DNA of 64,000 nucleotides from Yuukianura sp. NJ FZ-2021. Taxonomy: Eukaryota. The position numbers and the translations under genes were made by a program. The notes beneath the pieces were generated by a model. That model searched no databases, was not told the origin of the DNA, and saw nothing but the letters and a program-made list of their open reading frames with translations. The stretch lies in assembly GCA_046563655.1 (NCBI GenBank), contig CM102283.1, positions 4,712,001 through 4,776,000 on the forward strand, read 5' to 3'. Below are positions 27,175 to 39,539 of the stretch, one piece after another. Position 1 is the first letter of the stretch. Each line of letters opens with the position of its first letter.

Positions 27175-28606
27175 GCGGGGAAGGAATGTCCATCCGAATC
27201 ACCAGCAGCATGTTTGAAGCTGTTCTCCTGGAGATGAACAGATGCCCGGAACTGAAACTAAAGTGCCCTTATAGGGAGCCGGTCAACATCTCCGTTGTGG
27301 CTCGAGACGAAATGAAAATGGCCAAAACATCAGTGCCATTTGTAGTTATTCAAAATTCAGAATCGTCTGAAAGTCCTGGGAAATAGAGGTGAGCGCCCGA
27401 CCGGGATTCCCGGAAATACTCCCGAAGTTTCGGGATTCCCATGGTCTCGGGGCGGGCGGGCGGTGCAGTTTGGTTTTTCGGGCGGGAACGGGCGCGGGAG
27501 GCCACAGGCATGAGCGGGAATCGGGCGCCCGAAATAGCCCGAAGTGCAAAAATACACGCTAAAATCAAAGAGTAAAATAATTTTTCCAGATCTGCATCGC
27601 CACTTTCCACGTGTGGAACTCTTAAAGCCCCCTAAAACCCGGTTGAACTGAGTTTTCCAAACTTAAAAGACAACTTATCTTTTATTCAATTCAATTCAAT
27701 TTATTCTCCCACTCAGTGCGCAGGTTTTTCAGAATAAAATCTTTACAAAATCATAAAATTATTACGCTGCTAAATTAACTCTTATCGGTGATGGTTATGA
27801 AAAATACTGTGTACTAGTTTAAAATTTAAAGTTACTGGTTTTCAGGTGTAATTGTTATGATATATTGAGTTGTAAATGTTATGAGGTACGAGAATGTAAG
27901 TTGTTTGTTTTCAAATTATCTAAAAGTATAAAATTATTGTTTATCATTGTTTATTGTTTATATTAAAGTAATTTATCAAAAGAATTAACGTTTATCCACT
28001 GCAATATTAAATAACATCTAGCTATTGATATGAGTATTAATTTAGTAAAAAAGTAAGTTCCGCAAATTACAATAAAACCATAAAAGTTGGTTATGCGTCA
28101 TTTTATGTTTCGGGCATCGGGAATTTTCGGGCGCCCGATGGGCGGTCGGGATTTTTTTTTCACTTGACCATCGGGCGCGGGCGCGGTCGGGCGAAAATCA
28201 GAGCGGGCGTGGTCCGGGCGGGTATTAAAAATATGAGCGGGCGCTCACCTCTGCTGGGAAACACTGGTTTGCATGGATCATGCGCTCTCCCCGTAGGCTA
28301 GTTTTCTTTGACTCTTTTGGGAACCCCCCTTCACATTACGGACTCCGCCCCCCAAACGAAATTAGAATTTGGAAGAGAAATAAAATTCAACTTCAGCCAA
28401 ACATGAGCCAAAAGTGTGGCTACTATAACTTGTTTGTAGTTGATGTAATGTTACATGGAAAATCTTTTGAAAGTGTCCTGAAAATGTTTGATTGGAAAAA
28501 TTTGTGCAAAAATGAAAATCTGATTTTACAGTTCAAAAAAAGGCTTTCTGTACCACGCTTGGTCAGGACGAGGTCAGACCAGTCTGAGCAAAGCAATTGT
28601 AGTTGA
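27171..28606 (+). pseudogene. Maverick adenain-type cysteine protease interrupted by a hAT MITE
   Basis: Removing the MITE and one TSD copy gives ..QNSESSESPGKHWFAW..VFFDSFG..QLQPNMSQKCGYY (His/Asp/Gln/Cys motifs). Confidence 0.85.
27384..28253. mobile_element. hAT-type MITE with GC-rich subterminal repeats
   Basis: TIR TAGAGGTGAGCGCCCG / CGGGCGCTCACCTCTG; exact 8-bp TSD CTGGGAAA (27376-27383, 28254-28261). Confidence 0.92.
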
Positions 28607-28887
28607 AAGTTAATTGGCCGTGTCAAATTATCACCATAATGTAACATTAGGGTTTTGTAATCTGCCCCTTGTTAAGCCGGTCCCTTGGTGTCCCTATCCT
28701 TTTGTTGAAATAAAAAACAAACAAAACCCAAAACGGGCTGATTGTACATCACTGAAGGAACTGGTTTTATTTCGTCACTTTTTTCGGAGTTTGGTCCTCT
28801 GGAGCTTCCGACTATCTTTAATTTTCGTTTGAATCTCGGACTGTATAGACGTCTGATTTTCAGTTGTTGGAATTTCTTTGGTTTAAA

Positions 28888-29464
28888 ATGACCGTCTACC
28901 ATCAAAAGATTCATTCCGAAATTAAGAGATTGGAAGAGGAAAACGAGAGCCTATGGAAGCGGCTCGCCGAAGCATCGGTGCGTGCGGATACAAGGGAACG
29001 CAGCTTTCGCCAGCAGGAAGCGGCGCTAATTTCACTGCAGTCTCAGGTTCTCCAGGCAAACGCGGACAAGGTTGCCTTGGAGATTTACGCACAGAGATGC
29101 CAAGCTGTAAACGCAGCAACAACCGGTGAGTTTTTTTCCTACCCTAAATTTTTATTTTAGTGTTATTTATCTCTATGCTAACGTTCATTTGATTTTGTAA
29201 ATTTTAGCAATCAATGTTCAGCAGCAAGCGGTGCTGGACAAGTTGATTCGAGACACAGAAGAAAGCCGAAAGCCCGTTTACACCATGGAGGTTCAACGAC
29301 TAGACCATGCGAAACCGTTGGAGGAAGCAGAGGAACGGATCAAACGGCTGGAATCCGATATTGTGGACCAGATACAAGAGGATCTGGGGAAAATTGAAGA
29401 ACGAGCAAAGAAGCCTCTCCAAAAGATTTTGTACCCCAATGTGGAAATCATCTCCCACGTATAA
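28888..29464 (+). CDS. Two-exon coiled-coil protein, probable Maverick accessory gene
   Basis: Heptad-rich E/K/Q/L ORFs joined by a GTGAGT...TTTTAG intron (~29126-29207). Confidence 0.5.
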
Positions 29465-29813
29465 CGTTTTCGTTTTGAAATTTTTCAAACCAATTTAGTT
29501 TCGACTACCAAATCTACACTCGGATTCCAACAACTGAGAGTCAAAAAATGTGCCATTTTATTTCAATTTCAACTTAAATTGACATTGGTGTTTATTTTGC
29601 AGTTAAATCCAAGGATTCTGCTGTTGAGACAGAGGCGTGGCCATCTATGTTTCATCCAAGGGAGGGCATTCGGCCGTGATTTCTCCGAGAATTTTGATGA
29701 GCGCCTCGAGTTCCTGACGACTCAACACAATTTTGGGACCTGGAGTCAATCAAAAGTCAAAAGTATTTTCTACCATTACGTGTCAGGAACTAGAGGGTGT
29801 CTATGACGTTCTG

Positions 29814-30514
29814 CTATGACGTATCAAAGTACCCAGGGTACATTGACCCTGTCACTGGATTATTCAAGTAAAACTGGTAACAGCGCCCAGCCAGGTGAGT
29901 CGTTCGCAAACCCAGTCGCCCAGAGTCCGCCATGTATATTCCACCATTGTTGTCTTTCCAAAATTCGGCAAATGATGGTTTCATAGGCATAGTCAGCTTG
30001 AAGACATAGTCTCCACTTCGAAGCCCGTCGTCAATCATTGGAAACAGCTGTCCTTTGACATACTCGGAAAAGTCGTCAACTTCCGAGAGCAAAATCTGGA
30101 TGATGCTGGCTTTGGCGCTGAAATTATCCTTTTTGACGTAAATTTTGAAAACTTATGGGCCAAAGAAAAAGTTAAAAATTACAAAATTTTACTTGATTTC
30201 GTGGTTTGAATATTTTTTACTTCGTTGGAATGATCAAATCCCAATCGAATGAGCAGTTTAGTAGTCAATGCAATCTTATGCACAAGTCCAAACTCCCCGA
30301 AAAATTCGTTTTGAGTATGAACAGTAAGCCCAAGAGCCCTAGACCTGGCCTTAGCCAGATAAGCCTTTTTTCCATCCGGATTTGGTCTCGTAAAGCTAAA
30401 AGCCGCCTTCTTCACGGGGGGCGGACCTTGAACTTCCGGGACAGCAACTGCGTCAGCCCCAATAGAGATGAGGTAATAGGCCCGTGCAGCAGCCTCCTTT
30501 GGGCGTCCATCTAA
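29814..30514 (-). pseudogene. Fragmented unknown gene
   Basis: Protein-like ORF pieces 29814-30092 and 30179-30415; family not recognised. Confidence 0.3.
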
Positions 30515-30929
30515 AGATTGATTTATTTAACGTATAAATTGTGCTAGAAAAAAGTATTTTTGATGACATAATTAATTACAATTATAGAGCTTCTCTGACG
30601 TCTTTGAGAGTGGCTTTGGCGCAATTGCTGGAACTAGTTGCTCTGGGACCTCTGTATTTTCTGTAATTCTGAATTTTAGCTAATTTCATCCATCCAATTA
30701 TCAGATTTAGCAATTTCAAGTGTTCCTGTGCATAAAGTGAAAGTGGCCTTAACCCCTGCAACACACAATGCCTACACTGTGTGCAAGTGGTAGTTACTGA
30801 TCTAAAATGTAAGTAAAAGTACAATCTACCCATTACCAACTGTACAAGTTATACAAAAGCCTTTTACAGTCTGATTCGCACGACGGTACGTAATTAGTCA
30901 CTTGTATGAAAAAAAATTTCTTTTAGTGG

Positions 30930-33929
30930 ACAGACCAAATGAATCCCGAAGAGCTTAGTGAAAGTGTACCCCCTATGAACACGGCGATGGAGGATTGCAA
31001 TTCCAGAGACGTGTTTGTTCGTTATGTGGCTGCTAGCCCGGAAGCATAGGACGCTAACTTACACGGAACTTCAAGTCAGATAAGTAACAACAGAAATACA
31101 GACTTTAGGAATGAATTTCCAGAGTCAATGACTGTTACCTACAATCCCCTCTGCGAGCCCGTCACTCCGAATGTTAACGATGAATCCCCCAACGACAGCA
31201 TACTATTAAGCGTCTCTAATACGCCGAATGCCCACCTACTGCTAAGTGCCTCTGAAACGAATGATGCTCTGGAAAATACCGTCCAAATAACTTTAACTGA
31301 AATATGTGACAATATTGTGTCTCCCGACCCCGTGTCACCTTACTACGCTTCCGTTAATTTATCTGATGATCCTGTATCCGTCACGGAGTTTGCTACTTTA
31401 AATGCTGTTGTTCTCGTAGGCGCTACCGATACTATAGTAAGACCGGCAGAGTCTCTCATCCCCGAAGTGTCCCACGCTACGGACATTGCGATTCACATGT
31501 TTACTCCTCTGTCCTCGAGTCACCGTCCATCGATTTCCCGCATGTTGGTTGGCAGTTTGAGATCTAAAATGGGCACTTCACGACGATCTACTCCGCGTCG
31601 GTCAAAACGTTCCAAACGGACAACAGTCCTTCCGATCTCAAACAAACCTACCACGGGAACTCAGCGCGGACGGAAGCGGAAGGCGCTTCGTATCTACTCG
31701 AGTTCCGACGAGTAAACGGAAAATGCCCCCGTTACTAATCTACTTTCCCCTTTGACGCCTAACTCTCCCGCCAGTGTTGCCTTGTCTCCAGTTCCAGAGA
31801 CTGTTCAGGTTCTGTCTAGCTCTCCCGTTCCAAGTGAAGGGTCCCGATGTTTCACCAAAGCCCAAAGAAAACAGTACCCCACAGGTAATGAGACCTCGAA
31901 CGTCCACGAGTCCACCCAAGCCGGGCCATCCCGCTCAACCCATGATATCCGTACATACTGATTGGCCTTGAAAGATTTACAACGCACCATCAACAACGTA
32001 GTGGGTATATGGCAACACGATAGACTGAAGTTAAAGCGTGGAAAAACCCCCTGGGATTATATGCCAGTTTTAAGCGACTGGCGTTTACAAGGACTGACTG
32101 TCGAGCTTGGGCAAACTTTTTTCAACAAATTAAAAACAACGTTCACCGCAAAAAACTGGAGAATTACAGTATGTCTTCAAATAGTAGCCTTGGTCGAAGT
32201 ACATGAGTGTTGAGAGTAATGTATGCTATTTTGTAGTTGCGGGATCCGAAAGTCATAGGCTTTTTCAAAGCCGCCATCGTCTCCAACTCCGAGCTCTACT
32301 TTTTCTTAAATTTACTATGCCATTGGTTCAGCGAGAAGTTCCCGAAGACGAAGGAGAAACGGAACCGTTTTGACATCATTGATGGTTTCAATGTAAGTTT
32401 TCTAAACGCCGAAGATGTAATTATTGCTATAATCCCAACTGGTATTTTTTAGTGGTTATTGAACGATGTTCTGATTGAGCGCGTTAGAATCGCTGAGTTG
32501 TGCTTTCAGGCGATCGCCTTAAAGATGCAGATTTTCTCTTGTCCGGTCGAGTTCCTGTACCCTGCCTTCGAATATCTTTCAGTGTTGGGGCCGATTTATC
32601 CAATGTTAACCTTACTAACCTCCGTCGAGGTACTAAAAAATTACTTCCGGAAGAAAATGGGATCCTCGAGTCTTAAAAGTCCTTTGTTTTTTGTAGGGTA
32701 TGGTGGATCCCATTGCTCAATATGCCGATAATCAAATCGCGAATTGTAATAAGCTAATTCCCGTCGGTGAAGAGCCTATGAGTGAAGCCAATGAAACACT
32801 TATTTAGTAATTAGAAGACCCGCGACTCAAACAATTGGTAGGTCGAAAAGAAATATATAAATAATATAATAATATATAAATAAATAAAGTATAATAAAAC
32901 ATCGCAGTGAGAAAAAAAATATGTTGTAAAGAGAGTATATCCTATTAGACCTGCTTGATGGCCATTGTACGGTTGATATCAGATGCGATATCAGATGAGA
33001 TATTAAATCCCAATTACACGTGTCGGCGCTTTTATGTGACCGGGTATACTTAATTGAGTGCCTTAATTTGGAGAAGCGATAGTTTTATTTGACTCCATTC
33101 CTAAATGATTTTTAACTGTTATAGCGGATGGATCATGGAGTGCAACAAAATGGTTAACTCAACTGCAATTGACAAGTTCGAGACTACCCTAAATGACGAA
33201 GGAGAGGGTTATGTGCGCAGCCGTTGGACTGATGCTAAAGGAAACTATGACACTCTAAGACTTCCCAAAGCAGAAACCCGTGCGTCTTTGATAGAAAACT
33301 TACAATATTCCACTAATGTCGTAAAAAAGTTATGATTTTCAGGGTATTTCCCCCAAGATTTACTGACGGATCCCGTAACCGAAGTTGGACTATTTCATTG
33401 TGGCTTATGTGTCGCCGAACTGACGGAATGACGGAAAACTACAGAATCCCAGTATTACTAGGGAACCCCTGAAGTACACCGCCGCCGAATTCGAAGATCA
33501 TGTAATTTCTCACGACGCAACAGAGCGAGTGGACCAACGGTGTGGCTATGAGCGTGCCTTTTGGGTCAGCTCTTCCGATGTTCACGCCCTAGCCTGCAGC
33601 TCCTGCGTTTGTTCTCAGCATGGTTTCACGGAAAGACGCCTCTATTTCCTCTTTAACGCAACCTAGGATTGAAAACCTCTAACTGTTGATCTTCGTTGTC
33701 TGAGAAGAAAAAGCATTTAACCACCGATAAGGAGAAGAAGCAACGCTTTGCCGGCTGTAACTACTGTAACAGCTGTGGCAGTAATATGAAAAACATAGAA
33801 GAATTTGAAAAACATAAGACTACCTTATGTCTATATTGTCGCCATTGTCTCATGCTTTTTCCTCACTTGAGCACAGCCGTGAACAGCATGTTAGTAAGTG
33901 TTTTCGTTTCTGCGACAATATCTATTTAA
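30930..33929 (+). pseudogene. Degenerate multi-exon gene with a low-complexity N-terminus and C-terminal CxxC clusters
   Basis: Co-oriented ORFs separated by GT-AG intron-like gaps; HCGLC, CNYCNSC and CLYCRHC motifs; stops and frameshifts. Confidence 0.4.
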
Positions 33930-34082
33930 CCAAACCCGAATGTCGCCTATGTGCCAATAACTGTTTAAAACAGAATATTTATTTTACCCCTGCGGTGCAA
34001 AGAAAAAGAAAGCAATAAACAACCATTTTGCTAGGTATATGATGACTCGAACTTGCCTTCATTTCTGAAAAAAAAATAGTAG

Positions 34083-34576
34083 AATCCGGTTCGAATAGGA
34101 CCATATATGTGGGGATCCCGGTCCCAGGTGTCTCCTCACACGCCGATGTCGACGCGTGGAGAGTATCGTCTTCCTGCACACCGAACGGCCTGGCTCAGTG
34201 ACTCACGGCACGCTGGACAATAACACGCACGACAATTCCTCCGAATAGGCCAACCCAATGATCTTTATTCACCACAACCAAACCCTCGATCACAGGTAGG
34301 ACTCTCAACTATACTACACCGTAATGCTACTCGAGTAGTCTTCCTCGGAGAGAGATCCTCACTGGAGGACCTCTACCCGAGTGCTGTCCTCCATTTCCCG
34401 GTCTCCGCATATCCTCTCCTAACTCGACAGAGGAAATGCCGACACCCAATCCGGTGAGAGGTCTCTTATCCCCGTAAGAGACCCTCACACATATTCCTAT
34501 CCTGTGAGGCATATTTTTTTATGACGGAAGTCTCGATTCGTCAATCCCTGTTGCAGAAGTACCCATAACCGCCACA
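34083..34576 (-). mobile_element. LTR (34108-34576) with adjacent primer-binding site
   Basis: TGTGG...CCACA ends, minus-strand AATAAA, followed on the minus strand by TGGTCCTATTCGAACCGGAT; purine run GAGGGAA precedes it. Confidence 0.6.
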
Positions 34577-34994
34577 TTCCCTCGTTTATCGTATCATTGA
34601 GCACGTTTCCCTTGATCGTAGAATACTCAAAGACATGCATTATAAATAGAACCTAAATTTAAAGGAGTTATACAGATTAAGGATGAATACTAAGGCTGTT
34701 GTGTGTAAATAAAGCTATGTGGTACCTCCAAATTATTCTTATTGCGTCTCTTATCTGTTATTTTGGTTATTTTGATAGGTATCCATGCGTCCACCTTTAA
34801 TGGAAAATCTTTCCGAGTTTGCAGTTATCCTGAGGTGCAAATTTTGAGGTAGGGAATACACCAATTTCCCGGATTTCAAACAACATAAACTCGACTTTCA
34901 CCGCCATCTTTTGCCCTCGTCATTTCTACGTAAGATTAAACTACCTATTGGTTGTCTGACGAGTTAATTATAGTAACCTATCAAATAGCGTTCT

Positions 34995-37900
34995 ATGGCA
35001 GGTGCACTATCCTATGCCGTAAAAAACGTGATCATGGTTGACGCAATGGCTCAGACGGATGAGTCTCCGATGACAATGGATTCTACCTCCAGTGTGTCTG
35101 ACGCTGGAACTACACCCTCTACTGCGACACCCTTGGATTTGGCTTTAGAAGACATATTGCCGGATGAAGATTTTAGCGACGATGAAGTTGTATATTTGGG
35201 TCATTTTCCTGCCTTACGAACAGCTAGTGCCTATACACGAGTCTGTCTTAGTGACGAAAGTTCAATGGATATTTATGCCTCAGACGAAAGTCTAGATAAC
35301 TAAATAAAGAGGTCATCCGCCTTCTGGAAACCTTGGGACATGGCTGTGAAAAGTTGATACAGAAAATTTATTTCTTCATCTAATGGAAGTAGGCTTGTTG
35401 TGTAAAGTACGTTTACTTAGAATTTTTGAAAAAGAACTTTTAGGTTAGTAGCAACCAAGCTATTGATCCTGATTATTCACTGTGCATTGCTTCGAGGAGA
35501 AGACCCTTTTTGTTGCTGATAACGCGTAGTTCTGCTTTTTTCCGCCAGACTAGCGTGACCGAGACCCCTTGCATGCACACCGAACTTGTGGTGCAAGCCT
35601 GGGTCCAAGTAATAATTTTTACGTACGAATTGCTGTAAAGCGAATGTTGCAGAAAGTTTTGAACATGAAAACCGTGTGGAAATAAATGAACCGTCAAATC
35701 CTTTGATAAATTCATTTTGTAGTTACTGACATAATAGAAAGTATCGTTATTAGCAAAATTTGAAAACAGAGTATCCCCCCTCAGCTGTTACTGCTCTGCC
35801 AGCCTATAGCCTTACTTCTCCTGGATGGATATACTTTCGCCTTGAATTTGACGTCATTCGCGAGGCGTGAGTCTATCGACAGAAGAGTATAGGGAAGCGT
35901 GTGTGCTATTCCGTGGTACAAAAACGGAATCTGCCACCTATGAACTACTGGCCCAGAATTTTGCGGTTGGCTTCTCACTTCCTAGACTTTTTCAATTTCA
36001 AGTTAAATGTTCTACTATTGACGGTTGCTTTTTACACTTTACACATACCAATGCCAATTTGTAGTGTGCGACATACGCTGATTGCATAAAGTTCTCATCA
36101 TGAATCCTACACAGGTGAGGGTATACTTGGATAATTATATAAAATTCTCAATGAACTAATGTATATTGTTTATGATCTGTTATTTGAGTAATCATAGAAC
36201 GCCAGGGCTTGCAGTGGATTTACTGGAGAACTACACAGCGAAGCCTTAAGAATTAGAGAGGCATTAGAAACTGCCACTATCCTTGCTATTACCTCAGAAA
36301 ATACAAGAAGTGTCTAAACGACAATGTCAGCATCTAATCAGGAAAGCAATAATCTAGAACCAAGAATATCAAGATCGCCTAAGTACATCAATGTCCACTG
36401 AATCAGTTATGGATGACAGTGCTACTGGAGCCTCGGCTATCGATGATGTCCCCGAGGCCACCTTGGATACTCATGTAATTACTTTTCCCTCTGAGCCTCC
36501 TACTGGTACTGTGGACGTACTAACTCAACTTAGCATCACATGTCGTCAAATTTTTCAAAACTGCGATTTCAAGAAAATCCGTCCAAAATGGCGGGGCAAA
36601 GCATGTTACGCGTATGAAAACTGTCTAGCGCAAGGATTTACTCCTGGCGTTCTGTTCTTAACAATTATTGCATGTTTATTGCATTTTGTGACGCCTTAAA
36701 ATTGGCTGCGTGTGGTAAGTAACCCAGATACTGGGTGGCTTTATTTATAGCATTAGGATTTGAATTGGTTTGTTTTGGTCTTTGTTTAGTTTACTGGTTC
36801 CGTTACCATGTTGTCTGCTATTTGTAATGGTGATTCAACGACGGGATATTCCCTAGTGGAAATAATGATTTTGTGGTCATTTACATCCTGTGCGGAAAGC
36901 CATTCCTCACGTCTTGCCATGATCATTCAGGTATAGTCCTGTATTTGGCATGATAAGTCTGAAATGTAACTGGTACTGTTGTGTTTTGGTAGTTTGTGTT
37001 GGATTTTAAGTTCCTGACCCGTGGGAACATTTACTCATGGTACATGGCTACAGTTGCTAGTACGCAAAACATTTCCTTATTCACCGGAAATCCCCAGGTT
37101 AATCAAAATATACCGTATTTGGATATTCTGGGATCGCAATTAGCACTATTCGACTCTTTTGCTCCATTTGTAATTATTTTTGAAATTACTGACTAGGCGA
37201 GAACTATTACCTTATGAATGTTAATACGATGTCAACAGAATAGCTCTGACACCATCCGAGACCGATCTGCGCGTATTGAGGATGGGATTCCTAATGCTTC
37301 CTCTATTTGGAAAAACGCGGTAGCATATTGCGTAGATGGCCGCTTGGCTCAAGACGTAAGTACCATTATGCCCCATATTTCTCTAAATTGCTAATCCTAG
37401 TCTGCACTGTTATCGTTATTACAGTATCTTCATGAAAATAATCCATGCACCGTGTGGGGTCTACTGCGACTGGCAGCGAGCCCCTTCTACTCACAACTGT
37501 ATTAGTTTATGATCTATGTTTTATAATTGTAATCCTACCTCTTATCATAGGATGTCTTAAATATGCTAAATGGTGTTCGTCTAGGGAATGTCAATATACT
37601 ATAAATCAGGCTCCGGAACCCTTCAAAAAATTTCTTCGTCAGATCACGCGTAGTTCTACTCAACTGATGCTAAATCACGGGCAGGATTCACAAGCGACCT
37701 CAACAATTGCAGGGAATCATCCAGCTAATTATCCCTCATTACTCCCTTTTATAAAAACTTCGAATGTTGTAATTATTTGTTTATTCGTTGCAATTCCTTC
37801 GTTGTGTCTTCCAACTCGGAGATGGTCCAATAACTTTTTTGCCTGTCGTGAATTACACTCTAATTCACTCAAGCTAGGTTCATCATCTATCATAACCTTC

Positions 37901-38489
37901 GGGCCCTTTACGTTTAAAGAGCTCCAGGAGCATATTCAAACTGCTCATAATCGAGGTCAATGGTTGTGACCGCAAGCGTGGTGTTGTCCGCTTCGGTGAG
38001 GGGTTTGAACCTCATTGGTGGGTGTGCCCCTCGTGCACCTGTGGTGCTACCTCGCTGATAACGGTACTTTTACTAACTGATTGTTATGCTTTTCGGTGAA
38101 TTGCTTTCATGCTGAGTTTTAACTTTCCCTAGGTGAAGCGTAAAAAATATCACTGTCTCAAAAAAGCTTCTCAAAATGCTCAATTTCCTTCATGGAGAGG
38201 TTGCTATTGCTGCCCATCTTGCCGCCTTAACTGTGGTACCCAACAACGTTTGAATGCTCAGATGAAAGATGATTGCGAAAAATGTGCTGTTTGCTATCAC
38301 GATTTTCTAGAGTTTGGCGAAACTCGTGACGATGGAAAAGAAAATCATCAAAATTGCTTTTGCTGCTACTGCGGACGACTATATTCTCAACAGGATGAAT
38401 TTGACAAGTGTCGTTTTTCCTGTCCTATTGGGAATTGGGAGGAGGAGTGCGCATCTGAGATTACTCAATTAGCCATAGCTAATGTGTGA
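34995..38489 (+). pseudogene. Degenerate gene fragments ending in a Cys-rich domain
   Basis: Acidic ORFs (34995, 36391), intron-like gaps, terminal exon CYCCPSC..CEKCAVC..CFCCYC..CRFSC. Confidence 0.35.
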
Positions 38490-39137
38490 TGTAGTGACGA
38501 ACTAATGAAAGTATTCATATTCTCTGTATTTGAAATAAGGTGTGCAATATGTATATTGTTTGTATAATTTTACGGCTACTATGATTTGTGGAAAATGGAA
38601 TTACCCTAAAACTATGCATTTCCCATGATAACTGTGTATATGCCTTTGGCCTTGACCCTATTTGGTGTACTGTTACTGCCGTACTAATTACTTTTGATGT
38701 AAGGTTTCATAAAGAAATGATTGAGAAATCTGTTGTTATCAAGGTGTTATATACTATTTTGGGTGTTAAGTGTGTACTAATGTAGGAATTATGTGTAAAT
38801 AATGAATGTCATCATTAAATTTTGTTGTGAGGAACTAATTAGGTAACCTGACAATAATGTTAATTAAATAATTCTAAATCCTTTTAAATCTGTCTGAGTT
38901 GTTATGGGACCTTCCAAATGGTATATTTGTTGAAATATTAATAAACACTCCGAAAAGTATTTGCAAATTGGATTTAAAATTTAATATGTAAACCAATTTT
39001 TATAAGATTTCATTGTCTTGGTAACCGTTCCTATATTTTAAAAGATCTTGTTTGTTAATTCTGGATTATTTTTGATTGTGGCGTTGAGCAAAGTAATTTG
39101 TTTGAATGTGTTACAATTGTGATTTGACGCTTTAAAC

Positions 39138-39539
39138 ATGGCTTCGGATGAAGAAATTTATTCATTTTTAAAAAATTTAACACCATCATCTTCTAACTGC
39201 CTCATTCCTTTAGGTTCATTTGAGTATACCGCAAACTCAAACGAAGGAACCGGAAACCGGAAACGAAGTGCTACGGGAGATCGGATTCCTGTAAATCCTC
39301 AGGGGAGATTTCCATGGCCTGAAAACCCTTCTAGAAGAATTTTTATAACTTGTGGATTAGACTACGGCTGTTGGACTGGAGTGGGCCATGGTCAACCAAA
39401 TCATATCTGCCTGATGGTTGACCTTGAACGCAAATATTTGACTCTCTATGATACAATTGCGACTGGATCACTGTTACACATCCCACAAACCCAACAAGTA
39501 AGAGGCGTTGTTATTTTCTTTTTGTCTTGGGTCCCTTAG
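39138..39539 (+). pseudogene. Ulp1/C48-like cysteine peptidase N-terminal fragment
   Basis: NHICLMVDLERKYLTLYDT resembles the C48 H-x-x-L-x-V-D...Y-D-S motif; truncated just before the gypsy LTR. Confidence 0.4.
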
